Of a DNA stretch of 59,332 nucleotides, positions 9,832 through 23,280 are shown piece after piece. Both the position numbers and the translations under genes were made by a program. The stretch is taken from the IMG/VR virus record IMGVR_UViG_3300031974_005002, positions 1-59,332 of that record; one strand, 5' to 3'. The notes under the pieces are model-generated. The model saw nothing but the letters and a program-made list of their open reading frames with translations, was not told the origin of the DNA and searched no databases. The number at the start of each line of letters is the position of its first letter. The first letter of the stretch is position 1. Origin of the DNA: a virus. Lineage: Duplodnaviria > Caudoviricetes.

Positions 9832-12246
9832 TCAAGGCTTTTTTGAATATTTTTTAATTTCGTTGTTTTTTAAGTTTAATTCTCTTTCAATTTCTTCTGC
9901 AACATTTTCACTAACAGATATTTCGTGATCTTTTGATAGGGAATCTAATAATTCTACTAAATTTTTTCCTGTTTTATTTCTACCTTCGTCTCCTGCTAAA
10001 AATAAATTGTCAGCATTTATTAACATAAGATCATCTAATTTAATGATGATATGATTGATTGCATCTGTGCTACCTCTTATTCCTAATTGTATTTTCATTT
10101 TTTAATTGGTGGAAATCTTCCGTAATTACCCATGCCATCATAATCTGCATCGTCTCCAATACGGAGTAGTGCATCTTTATTTAATTCAATTAATTCATCT
10201 ATTTGTACAACAGATAATTTTGATTGGTTTTCCCTACGAAATAATCGGGGTAATCTTTTTATAAAGTTAATAATCGTTCTCATGTACTTCTTCCTTCATT
10301 AAATTGTTAATTTCTTCATATATTTTATACAATAAATCTTTTTGTGCATTATATATTATCTGTTGTTCTTGCCAAGGTATTTCACCAAGCTCACCATGTG
10401 TTTCGGGATACTTTATATCTTTGTCAACATTTCTAACTGCAAGTTTTGCCATGCAGAACCCATGTCTTGCGCCACTATTAAATTCATCATGTGCCATTAT
10501 TGATCCCCCCAAAATCCACAAACACAAGGCTTGTCTGAAACTTTATCAAATAAACTAAATAATATTTTTTGATTATTAAATATTTTTTGCGCCAATGAAT
10601 TAATTTGATCGTCACTCAGTTCATCATCTATTTCATAAAGAAAATTTTGTATTTGTGTTTCTGTAATCATTGTTTATTTTTCTCGTTTTCATCTAATAGA
10701 GCATCTAAAAGATGAACGATGCCCCAACCTATTTCACTATCTAATTTGGAGCAAAAGTTCTTTTTCAAAAGAGGGTCTTTATCATCATGCCATAAAATTG
10801 ATAGCAAATGGTTTCTTTGCTCTTCTAGTAACTCGTAATCTATATTCATCAATCTGAATCTATGCTAGTAATAATCAAAACAAAAAGCAAGACTAAAATG
10901 CACCCTGCTATAATATTTATAGCATAAAATACATCGGGTAGACTTTCCAATAGTTTAATCATCTTTAATATTTGTTGGATTTAATTGCCTGTTAACATTA
11001 TGTTGCATACGGAGCATGATCCCATCAACATAACCAAGGTTATTAAAATCTAATTGCTCAATTTTTGCGCCATTTTCTATATCATCAAGTATAGATTCGC
11101 AAGCGCTAATAATATCGTATAAATGATATTCTTCTTTAGTTAAATCTTCTTTCATTTCTTTTGAATTTATGCTGACATTAATTCGTATTCTTCAACGCAG
11201 AGTTCGCCTTTTTTCATGGGGACAACAACATCAACAAGAAAGTCTCTAACTGCTTCTGTTATTTGAATTAATTCATGGAATTCATTAAAATCCATAGAAT
11301 GAGCATCACCTTGTCCACCATAAGACATACGATAACCTTCTCGTAGTGGTGCAATTTGACCTTTAGATGTTTTAACCCAATTACCTGTTTTGGGGCATTT
11401 ATTCCAATCCCAACTACTATGAAAAGAATTAAGATAAATTAATATATCTAATCCACATTTTGTGTTACCAACACTATCTTTGCGCTCTGTCCAATCAATA
11501 AAGTCAATATTGGCAGATGGAAAATCATCTTTTACATCTTTTAATTGAACCATAATTCCTTTATAATTATCTTTAGTATAATATGTATATGGTTTTCCAC
11601 CATATGGACTATGTTGAATTGCTTTACAACCTGTGCGTTCACACATTTTTTGGTCACGATCACTTTTGCTAGTCCAAGATAGAACATTTTCTTTAGGTAA
11701 TAATCTTTTAGTAATGTTGTTGCTTTTAAAGATCACATTTTCGGGCGACCAAGTGTTCCATTGTATGTTTTGTTTTTTTTCAAAGTAATTCATTTTATTC
11801 CTTTTGTAATTGTTAATGTTGTGATAATGGCAGATTAATTATTAATTGTCAAGTTTATAATTTGCAAAATGATGACCATGTTCATCATAGAATGCTTGCA
11901 CAATTTCTACTGCGCTCAAAATTTTTGAATGTTCATCTGATGTTTCCCCAAGAGCAGAAACTTCTGCTTCGTTTAAAACTAATTCGATTGCTTGTTCTAA
12001 TTTCATAATTTGTAATCCTATTATATATTTTAAAAATTGTCAAGAGTCTTTTCCGAAAAGTTGATTCCATTCATCTTTAATTTCGATAGTGGGAATTTCG
12101 TTTAATCCAACGCATCCATCGAGAAGTAGGTTTATAATTTCACCAACATTCATATTCATTGCTTCTGCTTCCGCTATATCATAGCGCATTGTATCAGCAT
12201 CGGGCGCTTCATCACTATCTCTTAATTGTTTTTTTGTTGTTCTCAT
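9832..12246 (-). other. Cluster of small hypothetical ORFs including a 208-aa ORF (11167-11793)
   Basis: Co-oriented ORFs with overlapping starts/stops and TTGACA promoters. Confidence 0.6.
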
Positions 12247-12249
12247 AAT

Positions 12250-12459
12250 TTATATATTTGACTCCTCTTCACTTGTTGCTACAACCAATAACTTAATATC
12301 TTCTCCGTCACCTGTCAAGTCAAAATGCTCGACCAATTCTGCAAAAATTTTTCCGTCTTGGGGATTCACGCTAATCCAAGAGCAGTTACCATGTTCATTG
12401 CTTACGATGTCCCAATCGTGATTTTTTAAAGTTTGTTTTTGTGCTTTAGTTAATTTCAT
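12250..12459 (-). CDS. Hypothetical protein, tandem paralog A
   Basis: MKLTKAQK...W...W...IKLLVVATSEEE; start revised to 12459. Confidence 0.7.
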   Translation of the reverse strand: MKLTKAQKQTLKNHDWDIVSNEHGNCSWISVNPQDGKIFAELVEHFDLTGDGEDIKLLVVATSEEESNI

Positions 12460-12671
12460 ATTTCTTCCTCTTGTGTTGCTACGATTAATAATTTTAATTT
12501 TTTTTGTTTGCAATCTAAATGGAAACGATCACATAAGTCTTCTAAAATATCTTCGTGTTTTTCGTTTATTTCAATCCATGCAGTATTATCTACAATTCCG
12601 TTGTCATTGTATATTAATGGTTTCCAACCATACTCTATGAGTCTAGCTTTTTGATATTTAGTTAATTTCAT
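12456..12671 (-). CDS. Hypothetical protein, tandem paralog B
   Basis: MKLTKYQK...W...W...LKLLIVATQEEE. Confidence 0.7.
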   Translation of the reverse strand: MKLTKYQKARLIEYGWKPLIYNDNGIVDNTAWIEINEKHEDILEDLCDRFHLDCKQKKLKLLIVATQEEEI

Positions 12672-12859
12672 GCTTTAGATTATTTACTTTTATATATAAA
12701 TTGTCAAGCACATTTTTTACGCTTTCAATGTATTCTACTTCGTGCGGTTCTCTAATATGTAAGAACTCCAACTCTGCTTCGAGGTCTTTAATATGTTTCC
12801 ATAAGTCTTTCAGTTCTTCCTTTTGCTCTTCCTCTCGCTTTAGAGATTGTAATGTTTTT

Positions 12860-13147
12860 TTATTCATCTTCTTCTTTTATTCTTTCTTTTAATGCTTGCT
12901 CTACAAATTCATTAAAACTTAAATTTTGTTCGTGTGCGCACATCATATATTTTAACAACTCTTCTTCGTCAAAGTCAAGATCAATATTTGCGTATTTTAC
13001 TTTTTTAATTATAAAGGCATCATCTTGTGGAATGAATTTTAATTCGTCCCCCACTTCCCAACCTAATCTTTCTAATAGATCATCGGGCAAGCGAAAATAT
13101 AATTCACCATCAAAACTTTCTTTAACTTCTAATTCTGAAACTTTCAT
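12860..13147 (-). CDS. AbrB/MazE/SpoVT-type DNA-binding protein
   Basis: GELYFRLPDDLLERLGWEVGDELKF swapped-hairpin motif. Confidence 0.75.
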   Translation of the reverse strand: MKVSELEVKESFDGELYFRLPDDLLERLGWEVGDELKFIPQDDAFIIKKVKYANIDLDFDEEELLKYMMCAHEQNLSFNEFVEQALKERIKEEDE

Positions 13148-13586
13148 ATTTTTTATTTTATATAATTTCCTTTTTCTGCCATAACTTTACTACCCCAATG
13201 CAATGGTTCGTCATCATTTAAATCGCAAGCAATTTCTATGTTAGAAACATTATGCCATGCTTGGTCTGCGTAAACACTACCATCTTTATTTAAACTTGGT
13301 CGTTTAAATTTTTTATTACAATTATTTTGGATATGTCTATCAATAAGCTCAATATCATCAGCAATGCAAGCCAAGCGATGTCTAAGTTCAAAGTTTTCTT
13401 TAATCAATCTTTCCATGTTCTCCTTGGTTATCTTTTGTTCTTGTTCTGTCATGTAAGTATAACTTGATTTATTTTTTTGTTCAGCTAAAGTCATATTGAC
13501 TGAATCTTCGTAAGTTGGGTAATCGTCTCCTATAATTTCTTTCATGCTTTTACTTTATATTATTTTTATTTCTGTGTCAAGACTTT

Positions 13587-14069
13587 TTATATTCCTAAAC
13601 ATAACCTTTGTCCATAACCAAAATCTTTTTTATACATATTATCTAAAAACTTTTTTTTGGACTTCACCCAATGAATTGTTAATTTAGGCTCTTCATAATG
13701 GCAAAGAGCAAGATGTGTAGCATCTTCTATTTCGTGCAATCCATTTAATTTTAAAATTGGTGGAGAATATTTAGTAGTTTTTACTGAAATTCTAAGTTTT
13801 TTATCAAATCCAATAGTTATATCAGCGCTATGCTTATCACCTTTTGGTTTTGGCATGATATCAAAATATCCATTTAAATATCTAGCGACTGCAAATTCCC
13901 CCGAAATCCCCATGTAATGACCTTCAAAACTTTTATCATAATCTGAACCATCTTTTCTGCCCGAACACATTAAGGATTTTGTTTTTAAATGTGTTTTTCC
14001 TTTACATCTCCAAGTCGCTAAAACTTTTAAAGATTCTACTTCTGTTTTAGAAAAATTAATTTCTACCAT
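13587..14069 (-). CDS. Putative PD-(D/E)xK endonuclease-fold protein
   Basis: GISGEFAVARYL ... ADITI ... ISVKTT pattern. Confidence 0.5.
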   Translation of the reverse strand: MVEINFSKTEVESLKVLATWRCKGKTHLKTKSLMCSGRKDGSDYDKSFEGHYMGISGEFAVARYLNGYFDIMPKPKGDKHSADITIGFDKKLRISVKTTKYSPPILKLNGLHEIEDATHLALCHYEEPKLTIHWVKSKKKFLDNMYKKDFGYGQRLCLGI

Positions 14070-17000
14070 TATGCTATCTCCAATCTATAATATCCATTCT
14101 CTATTTGCTCTGCTTCGGTAAGACTATCAAGACCATTATAATCTTCATAAACTTCACGAATATAATCTAAATCTTTACCAATATAAAATGTAGGACTATA
14201 ATCTCCTTCTTTGTGCAAACCATTTGATTTGTCTGCTTCAAGAATATAGTCTAACATTTTTTGTGGCTCAATATTCCAAATCTTTCTTACATATTTCATA
14301 TCTGTACTCTAGTTTAATTTTTAAATGTTGTCAAGACTTTTTTACATTTCATAAGTGTCTTCTAACTCTGCATTTTCATAATCTTCAGCAAGCATTTCGC
14401 ATTGTTCTCCATGTATCTCAATGCCCCCATGCTCTACTAATATTTCTCTAGCTTCCTTCTCTGTTTCAGCTTGGATTTCGTAGATATATGCCGTAGGGAC
14501 AGAAAACACGAAGTATTTTTCTTTTTTAGCTTTGCTTGTAATTTTACTCATTACAATTTTTCTCCATGTTCATTTATTTCGCCCCGAATAAAAGCGCCAA
14601 AATCATCATCGTTTAAATGTGATGTATCGGGTGCAACAACACCAAATTCTCCACCTATACCTAAAACTTTTGCTCTGTCATTAAGTCTCTTGTTCATTTG
14701 CTCTTTTAATTGAAACATTTTTTCTACAAGATCTTCAATGAGAGGATATCCCGCCAATTCAAAAAGGCGAGTATCTAACCCACTTTCAACTTCAAACAAA
14801 CTATCTATTTTTTGCGCTTCTTCGTATTTATTCATATCTTTACCTTATAGGTCTTGGTTTAACTTGTCAAGCTCAGAATCATCTTTAGGTTTTTCTTGCT
14901 CTTCCACAAAACTAACTTCAGCATTTTGTTTCCATGCTTTGCTTATTTCCCAATCAGCTTCCATTTCGTCAAAAGCCCTACTGACTGCATCATCTTTCGA
15001 TTCTGAATCAATAAAGTAAGTGCGATAAGTTGTACTTGCTATTTCTATTTCAAATGTTTTCATTTTTATTTTCACTTTCCATTAATTGTTTTGCTTCCAT
15101 TAAACTATTACAGAACTCTTCAATCTTGTCAACAGGAATCTCAAAGTATCTATTCCAAGATTCTCCATCACTATTATGAGCGCTTACCGAAACGAATTTG
15201 CTAAAATCATGCGCTTTTACCGAAAAGCCCCCAAGTTTGCACCAATCTTTTGAGCTTGCCCAAGTTGTGAATTTAGAGAATTCAGACTGCTTTCTGCTTT
15301 TCGCCCAAACGATTTCTTTTTCTATTTTTTTGCTCATAATTATTCCTCGTACATATAGATTGGAGTATGCTCGCCAACATAAGCGCACTCAATGTTAAAC
15401 GAAAAATACTCACTCGCATCTTCGTAACTCATGCCATCACGCTCGACAAGAATATCAATGATACTACCAACAGAATAAATAACCCTGCCTTTTGTATCGT
15501 ACCCTATGATTGCGCCTTCAAGCCCATCCGCTAATAATGCTTCGGGGTTAAATTCAACAATAGACTCTAGGAGTTGTTTTCGTTCTTTAAGTTTTGACTC
15601 TTTTAATTCGTTTATAATATCTTTACTCATACTTATCACTATATAGAAGTGAGTAAAGTATGTCAACAAAAAAAATTACTTAAAATTTCTCACAAAAAGA
15701 AGAAACTTCTCTAAGTCGTACTTGTATCTAAAATCGTTACCATAAGCGAACCAAAAATTCAAACTATCAATAAGTATTGTCATTTGAGCGTTTATTGTCT
15801 TCAAAGTGTTAATATCAAAATTATTATTAAAAATTTCTTTTTCGATTAATTTTTGAATCTTTTGAATATTTTCGTAATGTTCATTCATCTGCATGGCAAT
15901 CTCCCCCACAACAATGAGTTTCAGTTTCAGAACAAAAAACTTCTTCCATCATAGATTGCATGAATGGTCTTAATTCTTTTTCTAGTTTATCAGCTATCAT
16001 TATTTGTGCTGATTCTGATTGTAAATTAATTTGACAAGTACCTGTGTTTCCACAAGCAACTTCACTTAATACTTTTAAAATTATTTCTCTCATATTTCTT
16101 CTTTAATTAATTTTTCTAAAGTTTCTAATCTGCTTTGTGCGTTATCAAGTAGAGCCAATGCTTCTTCTGCGTTCTTATAAAAGTCTTGGGTGGAGTGATC
16201 CCCGATTCCAACTGCTTTATTTCCGAGTAAATGAAGACTCATCTTGGCTTTATCAATATCTGCTTGCGCAGAACTTTTCAACATATTATATAAGGTTTTA
16301 TTCATCATCGTTAAATAGTAACATGAAACTAGCAAAGAGGCAATAAAAAAATACCCCCAATGCTAAAAAAGTTCCAAATACAAAATCTAATATTTGCTTG
16401 AACTTATTTTCTTTTTGCATTCTATATTTGATTTGTACAACTCTTTTTGTCGCCTAAGTTCATTTCCTGCTCCTTGTAGGGTAGCAATAGCTTTGTTTTC
16501 AGTCATCTTGCCATCAAGAACCATTCTAACACAAATCTCTATTTCCCTTGCAGTAACTCGATAAGGAAAGTTTCTGCAAATAAACTTGTAAAACTTACCA
16601 CTTATTTTGCCGTGCTTTAATTTAGTGTGCAAGAATTTTCTGTATTTGCAATTTTTTGTATTATGTAATGTTTTCATTTATCGTGTAAATTTTTTTTGTT
16701 TACTATTAAAGCGCAAAAACCAACTAACCAAATCTCCAACATGGTATAATATTTTAGCTAAACATATCATCTTCGGGGCGATAGAGATTGTCTTGGAAGT
16801 CTGCGACTTTTTTATTATGCAATGCTTGATCCCAACCTTTTGAATAACCTTCGTTATATTTATTGCTTTTTAAATGACCTTGCATATTTTCATCTCTTTC
16901 TTCTTCAGTAAACCATTGATATTCTGTATTGAACATATCGTCTACATTACTTGGATGAAACCCTGCACTAACAAGCAACCCTTTAAATTGCTCGGCTAAT

Positions 17001-19872
17001 TCATTAATGTTTGAACCATCAAATTGCTCTTCAGATTCTACGCTAAAAGTTTTATTATGTATTGTAAGTGATAGTTTCATAATTAGTTCCAATCAAAGTC
17101 TATATTATATGCTATTGCTCTACGCTTGTCAAGGTTTTTCGATGGACAAGTTACTTCAATGCAAATATCTCTACCAAGGTGATCATCCTCTATAATCGGA
17201 GCGCCATCTTTATCCATCTCTTCCACCCAATCAATATTTAAATCATCAGATGGAAAGAGGTCATACTCCAAATGATTATCCAACCACATGATTGGAGCAG
17301 ACCAATCATCTGTATCATCTTCTTGCCTGATTGTTAACCAACTATCTACTTTCATTTCCAATCCTTTTCTAGTATATATTTTTTATTTACTTTATTTATT
17401 GCAAAAGCATAATTTTTTACCTTTGCTTCTTTGTCTGATAATTTTACTGAACCGATCTTAGCATAAGATGGTCTTAGAGTTTTGTCAATTAAAATATATT
17501 TATTTATTTGTGAATTGTCTGTGTTCATTTGTGGTAATCGAATCCTTCTAGTTTATCTTCTGCTTCGTGATTTAGTTTGTAAAGATTAACTGAAACACAA
17601 TTATCGTGATTGTTAATATGTAAAGAATATCCATCTATTGTAATCCATGCAGTTTTACCTGTCAAGACAAAATCTTCGCCACTATCGTTATTGTCGAGTT
17701 GAATTGTCATATCTTCACTTGCTACTATATTATTTTGCATATTCATGTTCCATTAATTCTTTAATTTCTGTTTTAGCCTCTTCCAAAAGTTCAGATTTAA
17801 CTTTTTCGTCAAACGCTTGTAATTTCATTATTCCATAACGATACCATACATCGCATATCTTGTCAATGTTTTTATCATCGGGTTTCACATTATAATGATT
17901 CCAATTTTTCTTTCCATCAATTATTTCTTGTTCAATCCATTCAGCAGGAAAACCATCGGGAAAATACATAAGAGCATTATCGTTCGCAAACTTTCTAGCA
18001 AGAGAAACAAAACTATCTTCTACTTCATGTGATTCGTATAAGTCTGCATCTTTATACCAAGACTCATAAACATGAATTTCAAATTGAAAAGTATCTTTTA
18101 TAGCAACCCCTTCTCGTTGCCATTTTTGCAACTCTTCGTCACCATGTTCTCGCATTTCAACACTATAAAGTTTGCCATACCATTTCATGTGTTTCATTAC
18201 TCGACTACTATAAATAATCTTTTGGAATTCTTCAAGGAGTTCTTGATTAGACTTTTTAGTCTCTTGCGTTCTTCTAAAACTTACCGATAAACCTTCTCCG
18301 CTCATAATAAATATAGACTAATTTAAACTTTTGATAAAGTCAACATTAAAAACAAAAAAACATCCAACAAATCATCCCACAAATCAATCCAATATTCAAC
18401 AAGATTATTATTACTGCAATAATATCACTCAATTATTTAGCCCCCAATACTTTTGTATTTTCACGAGGGACATTAGTGAGGTAATGAAGATAGTCAACAT
18501 ATCTCATATTTGCCAACTTCGCTTTCGCCCTCAATTCTTCTTCGTTATCTATCGAGCGCTCAATTAAAGATGGACACTCATCGTTGATAATAGGATAATT
18601 GTGCAAAGCTAATGGTTGCTTTTTTGGCGCAGAACATCCAAACAAAAAGATAAAAATATATAATATATTAAAGTGCATTTTCAAATTCTACCTCTCTATT
18701 TCCATAACTCTTATTATAACTAAATAAATATTGTTCTCTATCTGTATCTATTTGATGATACGGATTGTCTTCAGTCGGTGGATTAACTGCATAGCAAGCA
18801 ACATCCCAAGACCATGTGCTAGGGTCAGTATATTCATACTCTCCCGATCCATCTTGCTTGAGTCTAGCCCATTCATCACCACAATGGATATTATAGTCCA
18901 CAAAAGTGCCATCTTCTAATTCATAACTATTCCAATAGTCAAAGTTATCTCCTTCGGTTTTAACTTCGGGATTAGCTTCAACTTTTTTTATGTGAGTTAA
19001 TGCTAAATCAATTATTGCTAAAGCAACTTGTTTAGGTGCTTGCCAAGGTTTTTCTAGTTCAATCATTTTGTTTTTCCTCATTTGTTATTGTTCCATTTTT
19101 AATTAATTGTTCAAATATATCCCACATTTTTTGATAGCGAGTATTATGTAGTTGCTTCATTCCGATCAACATATTTAATAATTGGTCTTCGGTATGTTTA
19201 ATTGGAGAATCTCCAATAGCATATATGATTGTTTCTATGTCTTCACCTATTTGGTGCAAGTCACTCATTGCGTCTTCTAGTTCAAATCTGTTCATAACGA
19301 TTACCTTATATTAGTTTCTATTAAATGTCAAGTCTTATTGGAATAATTTCTTCACCTTTATCATTTTTCACTAAAGCATCAACTGATTTGCATTTATTTG
19401 GGTTGGCTACAAAAATTTTTGGATTATCATCTGAATCTAAAATCCTACTTAAATTATTTGGATTTATTTCAACACATTCTAGTAAATCTTTTCCATTATG
19501 TTTTCCTAAATCATAAGAGTGTGGATATAACCCTTCTTCTTGGTTTAAAAAACAAGTAATTCTTCCGTATTTAATTTTGCCATTTGATTTATATTTAATA
19601 AATGCCCCCAAAGAAAAACCTTTCTTTTGGAATAATTGATTTCTAGGAGTATATGGCTTGCATTTACTTCTTTTTATTTTAAAACTCTTAAATTTTCCAA
19701 TCATTTTTTCTATTGGCTTAAGAGTTTTTGGGTCAACTTGAGCGCATTCAAAAGTAGGATCAGATTCGCTATCAGATAAAACAGATAATATCTCTCCGAC
19801 CCTTCTTTTTAATTTGAAAGATTTTTCTTTGATGTAATCTCCAATAGATAATTCTCTATTTGTTTTCTTCAT
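14069..19872 (-). other. Run of about 20 small hypothetical ORFs, including a lipoprotein-like ORF at 18433-18684
   Basis: Tightly packed co-oriented ORFs; FLFGC lipobox-like motif in 18433-18684. Confidence 0.6.
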
Positions 19873-20870
19873 GCGGTAGTTAAGTTATTGCGCAAAATTT
19901 GTATTGCTTTGTCTTTTTGTTTTACTTCGCATTCCCACTTAGCTTCCTTATTTGGCTCGATGGCAATCACAGGTGGAATATTGCCTAAAGCAAAATAATC
20001 TGCATGAGAACGAGGTTTTTCGGGCTTACCTTCTGACCAATGAAAGACAGGCGCAATGAAATTGTTGTCACCATCTCCTTGATTAACCCATGTGTAAGCG
20101 CAACGCTCTGCTTGAAATGCAACATTATGATCTTCGGATGGATTGCAGTAGTCGTGTAAATTGTCGTAGCAGACAGGAATATTCGCCCCGAATGTTTCAA
20201 ATAAATAGTCACTAAATTTAATGCAATTATCTACATTGAAGAAACCCTTATCTTCGTTCTCAATAGTAAGACGATTGTAAACACCTTTGTCGCACATAGA
20301 CAGATTACGGAAGAATCTAGTCGCAACAAGTTCCAATGTCTCATCTGCTTGTGGGGTATAATTAATGTGAATATTCATTGGTGCAGTATGATCTTGAGGC
20401 AAACCTAGCTTGTCAAGAATACTTGCTTGAAAATTCAATTCGTTTATCGTTCTGCTGACTGCTTCTCGATTACAAGAAGCAAGTACATTGAATTGATCGG
20501 GATGAGAGCCGATAGAAATTTTAAATGTTTGAGCTATTAAACCTGCGAATCTTAATTCTTGCTCGATACGAGCATGGTTCGGTAAATCTTCAAGAGATAA
20601 TCCCAAAGTCTGATCGGTAAGGAGAGGAAATAAAGCGCTACTAAGGCGATAATGCCTAATATTTGAAGTGTTACAATGATTAATAATATATTGAGTGACA
20701 ATAACATTATGCAAAATCCTATCAGATAATTGTTTGATCGCTTCATCTTTACCATGTTTTACACAAAGATCGTTAAATCTTTTACGAGTCATGGTTTGAA
20801 AAGAGTATTTTTTCTTATCTTTATCTTTGAGTTGTTCGCTAATACAAGTAAGTCCTAATATATGTGTCAT
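19869..20870 (-). CDS. uvsE: UV damage endonuclease (UVDE)
   Basis: YRLSSALFP, HPDQFNVL, MNIH, RLTIENED, D.LH, FHWSE, RSHADY and ECEVKQKD motifs. Confidence 0.92.
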   Translation of the reverse strand: MTHILGLTCISEQLKDKDKKKYSFQTMTRKRFNDLCVKHGKDEAIKQLSDRILHNVIVTQYIINHCNTSNIRHYRLSSALFPLLTDQTLGLSLEDLPNHARIEQELRFAGLIAQTFKISIGSHPDQFNVLASCNREAVSRTINELNFQASILDKLGLPQDHTAPMNIHINYTPQADETLELVATRFFRNLSMCDKGVYNRLTIENEDKGFFNVDNCIKFSDYLFETFGANIPVCYDNLHDYCNPSEDHNVAFQAERCAYTWVNQGDGDNNFIAPVFHWSEGKPEKPRSHADYFALGNIPPVIAIEPNKEAKWECEVKQKDKAIQILRNNLTTA

Positions 20871-20927
20871 ACCCTCACTTTACTAGAGAAATGAATGGAT
20901 GTCAAGTCTTTTTGTGTACATTGTTAT

Positions 20928-21164
20928 ATGGAAATGGAAAAAATGATCGTAATAGGAATTGGCGCTATGGTTTCAGTTGTGGCATTTTATCTGAAAAAAG
21001 AGAGCGCAAAAATAGAAAAAATATCTTCTAAATTAAGAAGAATGGAAGTAGATTTAGCAAAAAATAGCGCAAGAGATTGCGAAAGATGGGAGCAAACTCA
21101 AAAACTCCTAGAAGATAGAAGACAAGATATTATTAAACTATACGAAAATATCAACAAAAAATAA
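20928..21164 (+). CDS. Small membrane-anchored coiled-coil protein
   Basis: N-terminal TM helix then coiled coil; GTGTA motif 9 nt before ATG at 20928. Confidence 0.6.
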   Translation: MEMEKMIVIGIGAMVSVVAFYLKKESAKIEKISSKLRRMEVDLAKNSARDCERWEQTQKLLEDRRQDIIKLYENINKK

Positions 21165-21402
21165 AATGGACTTCGAGCAACTTTGGAACGCTTTTTTACT
21201 CTTGTCAATGCTTATTGCATTGGGTTTTATTTTTATTGATTTTAAATAGTATATCTATTATTTAATACCCCCGAAAATACTTAACTATTGGTTCGATAAG
21301 TAAATAATACCAAAAAGCAAAAAACATTAAAGTAAAATCAAATAATTTTCTTAAAATTTTTCTCACATTATGTTATACACTTAAATCAGTTGCTTCCATC
21401 TG

Positions 21403-21807
21403 CTATCGCTCAACTTCTTTTAAAGGCTCTAGCCATCCTTCTCCATCGTGTATTTCAGCAGTATCTTGAGGTTTTTCGTATTTTATATTTAAAGATTGAG
21501 TTAGGTGTTTCACTTGTGCGCCCGATAATTCTAACCGCTTTCCATTTACCCAAACAACAAAAGGTATTTGCCCATCAATACTTAAAGGGTGAGGTATCGG
21601 ATTTATTTGCACCACAAAATCTTTGGGAAAAGATGGTATGTAAGTAGGCGCAGGAAGATCGGGCTTTATATTTGGCGGGGGCGGAGGCGGAGGAAAATTA
21701 TTTATAGATGCATTTTCTTTATAAGCGCAAGACACAAATAAATTAACAATAAAAATTAATAAACTATTCTTCAGCACCCTCATCACAATGATTATTTGCG
21801 AGTTCAA
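21403..21807 (-). CDS. Proline-rich putative lipoprotein
   Basis: LFVSC lipobox-like motif followed by a poly-Pro tract. Confidence 0.55.
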   Translation of the reverse strand: MNSQIIIVMRVLKNSLLIFIVNLFVSCAYKENASINNFPPPPPPPNIKPDLPAPTYIPSFPKDFVVQINPIPHPLSIDGQIPFVVWVNGKRLELSGAQVKHLTQSLNIKYEKPQDTAEIHDGEGWLEPLKEVER

Positions 21808-22300
21808 GAATCTTTTTGAAATCTTCTGAATCTTCTTTCTTAAAAATTTTATTAAATGCCTCGTTAGTGATACAAGTAATTATATCTTCTTCTGTAAAAT
21901 TTATTTTATAATTTTTTATTTCCATAATATTAACATCATTATTAGAATTATTATTAATATAAACCCCCAATGCTCTTCGTTCATTTTTTTAAAAACATCA
22001 AAGTTAAATCCAATAAAAAAACAAACACAATTAAAAAAGTAAAATAAAACATTGGATCACTTGGTAGATTCATTTTCTAAATATAAGTTATAGTACATAA
22101 AAAGTCAATAAAAATCTAGTCATTAGTCTTTTTAACATTCTTTAATAACTTAATGTATTTTTCTACATCTTCTATCTCGTCAAATATTTTACCCCAATTA
22201 TTTTTATTTTCTTTATTTACTGATTGAATTAATTCAACTGCTAGTTCGTTTAATTCTTCTGTACATTTCAAGAAGATATGTTTTTGTTTATCGTCAAGTT

Positions 22301-23239
22301 TCATAAAGAGTCACATAATTTCATACCTTTGGCAGTAATTTTGCGCTTGCCATCAATCTCAATAAGGTTTTTATTTAACAAATATAATTCGTGATCTCTC
22401 TGTAATGCAGTTTTACTCAAACCTAGCTTTGCAGATAAACCTGTGAGCGTAGAAGAGCCACAACCTTTTAATATTTGTAAAACTTGTCTTTCTGTATTTG
22501 TTAAACCATAAGGCAGAATGCCTACATGATCTGATAATTTTTGGAAATCAATTAAGTTAAAATGGTTATCTCCTTTTGATCCACAATATAAGCTGATCTC
22601 TTTAGCTCTCTTAACCGCACTCCTAGCGTTTCCACGAATGGTAGTCGCAACCTCTTTCAAGCATTCCTCTGTAAAATCAACTTCGGGCGCACACAATTTA
22701 ATTATTTCAGAAAGTTCCTTTTCGTTATATGGCTCGAAATCTATTGTAGTCAATCTATCTTTTAATGGTGGAAACAACTTATCAGTTTCAGTCGTTGCGA
22801 ATATAAAAGTTTGTTGCTTAAAATTAAATTCAAAATTATTACCATCCAAAGTAAATGTTTTACGAGACTTTGTTTCTGTATTAAAGATGGTAAGAAAAGC
22901 CATAGTCAAATCTTTTGGTAGAGCATGGCACTCATCAAATAATATTGTTACTTCGTTATCTGCTATGATTGGAAGAAATATTTGCTCAAAAAATGCTTCG
23001 TTATTTTTTATTGTCGAACAATTTATTTCAAGAAAAGTTCTCTTCTCACCATCTTGATTGTATAAGTTTTTGGAATAGGCTTTTGAGAACTCTGTTTTGC
23101 CAAGTCCTGCCGCACCCACCATCAATAGAAATGGAGATTGAGAAGTTTTGTGAAAAGCGTCAATATAAAAAGAGAGTTTCTTCTTGACTAATTCTTGACC
23201 AATGAGATCGGGGAAGTATTTTTGAGAGTTATTATTCAT
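22301..23239 (-). CDS. ruvB: RuvB-like Holliday junction branch-migration AAA+ ATPase
   Basis: LIGQE, GAAGLGKT (Walker A), LFDECH (Walker B), FATTE, PLKDR, RGNAR and C-terminal winged helix. Confidence 0.85.
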   Translation of the reverse strand: MNNNSQKYFPDLIGQELVKKKLSFYIDAFHKTSQSPFLLMVGAAGLGKTEFSKAYSKNLYNQDGEKRTFLEINCSTIKNNEAFFEQIFLPIIADNEVTILFDECHALPKDLTMAFLTIFNTETKSRKTFTLDGNNFEFNFKQQTFIFATTETDKLFPPLKDRLTTIDFEPYNEKELSEIIKLCAPEVDFTEECLKEVATTIRGNARSAVKRAKEISLYCGSKGDNHFNLIDFQKLSDHVGILPYGLTNTERQVLQILKGCGSSTLTGLSAKLGLSKTALQRDHELYLLNKNLIEIDGKRKITAKGMKLCDSL

Positions 23240-23280
23240 AATTTTTAAGGTAAGACTGAATTTTATGTGTAATATATAAT

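Noticed and set aside
21672-21695. GC-rich GGCGG repeat
   Set aside because: Explained by the poly-proline codons of ORF 21403-21807.
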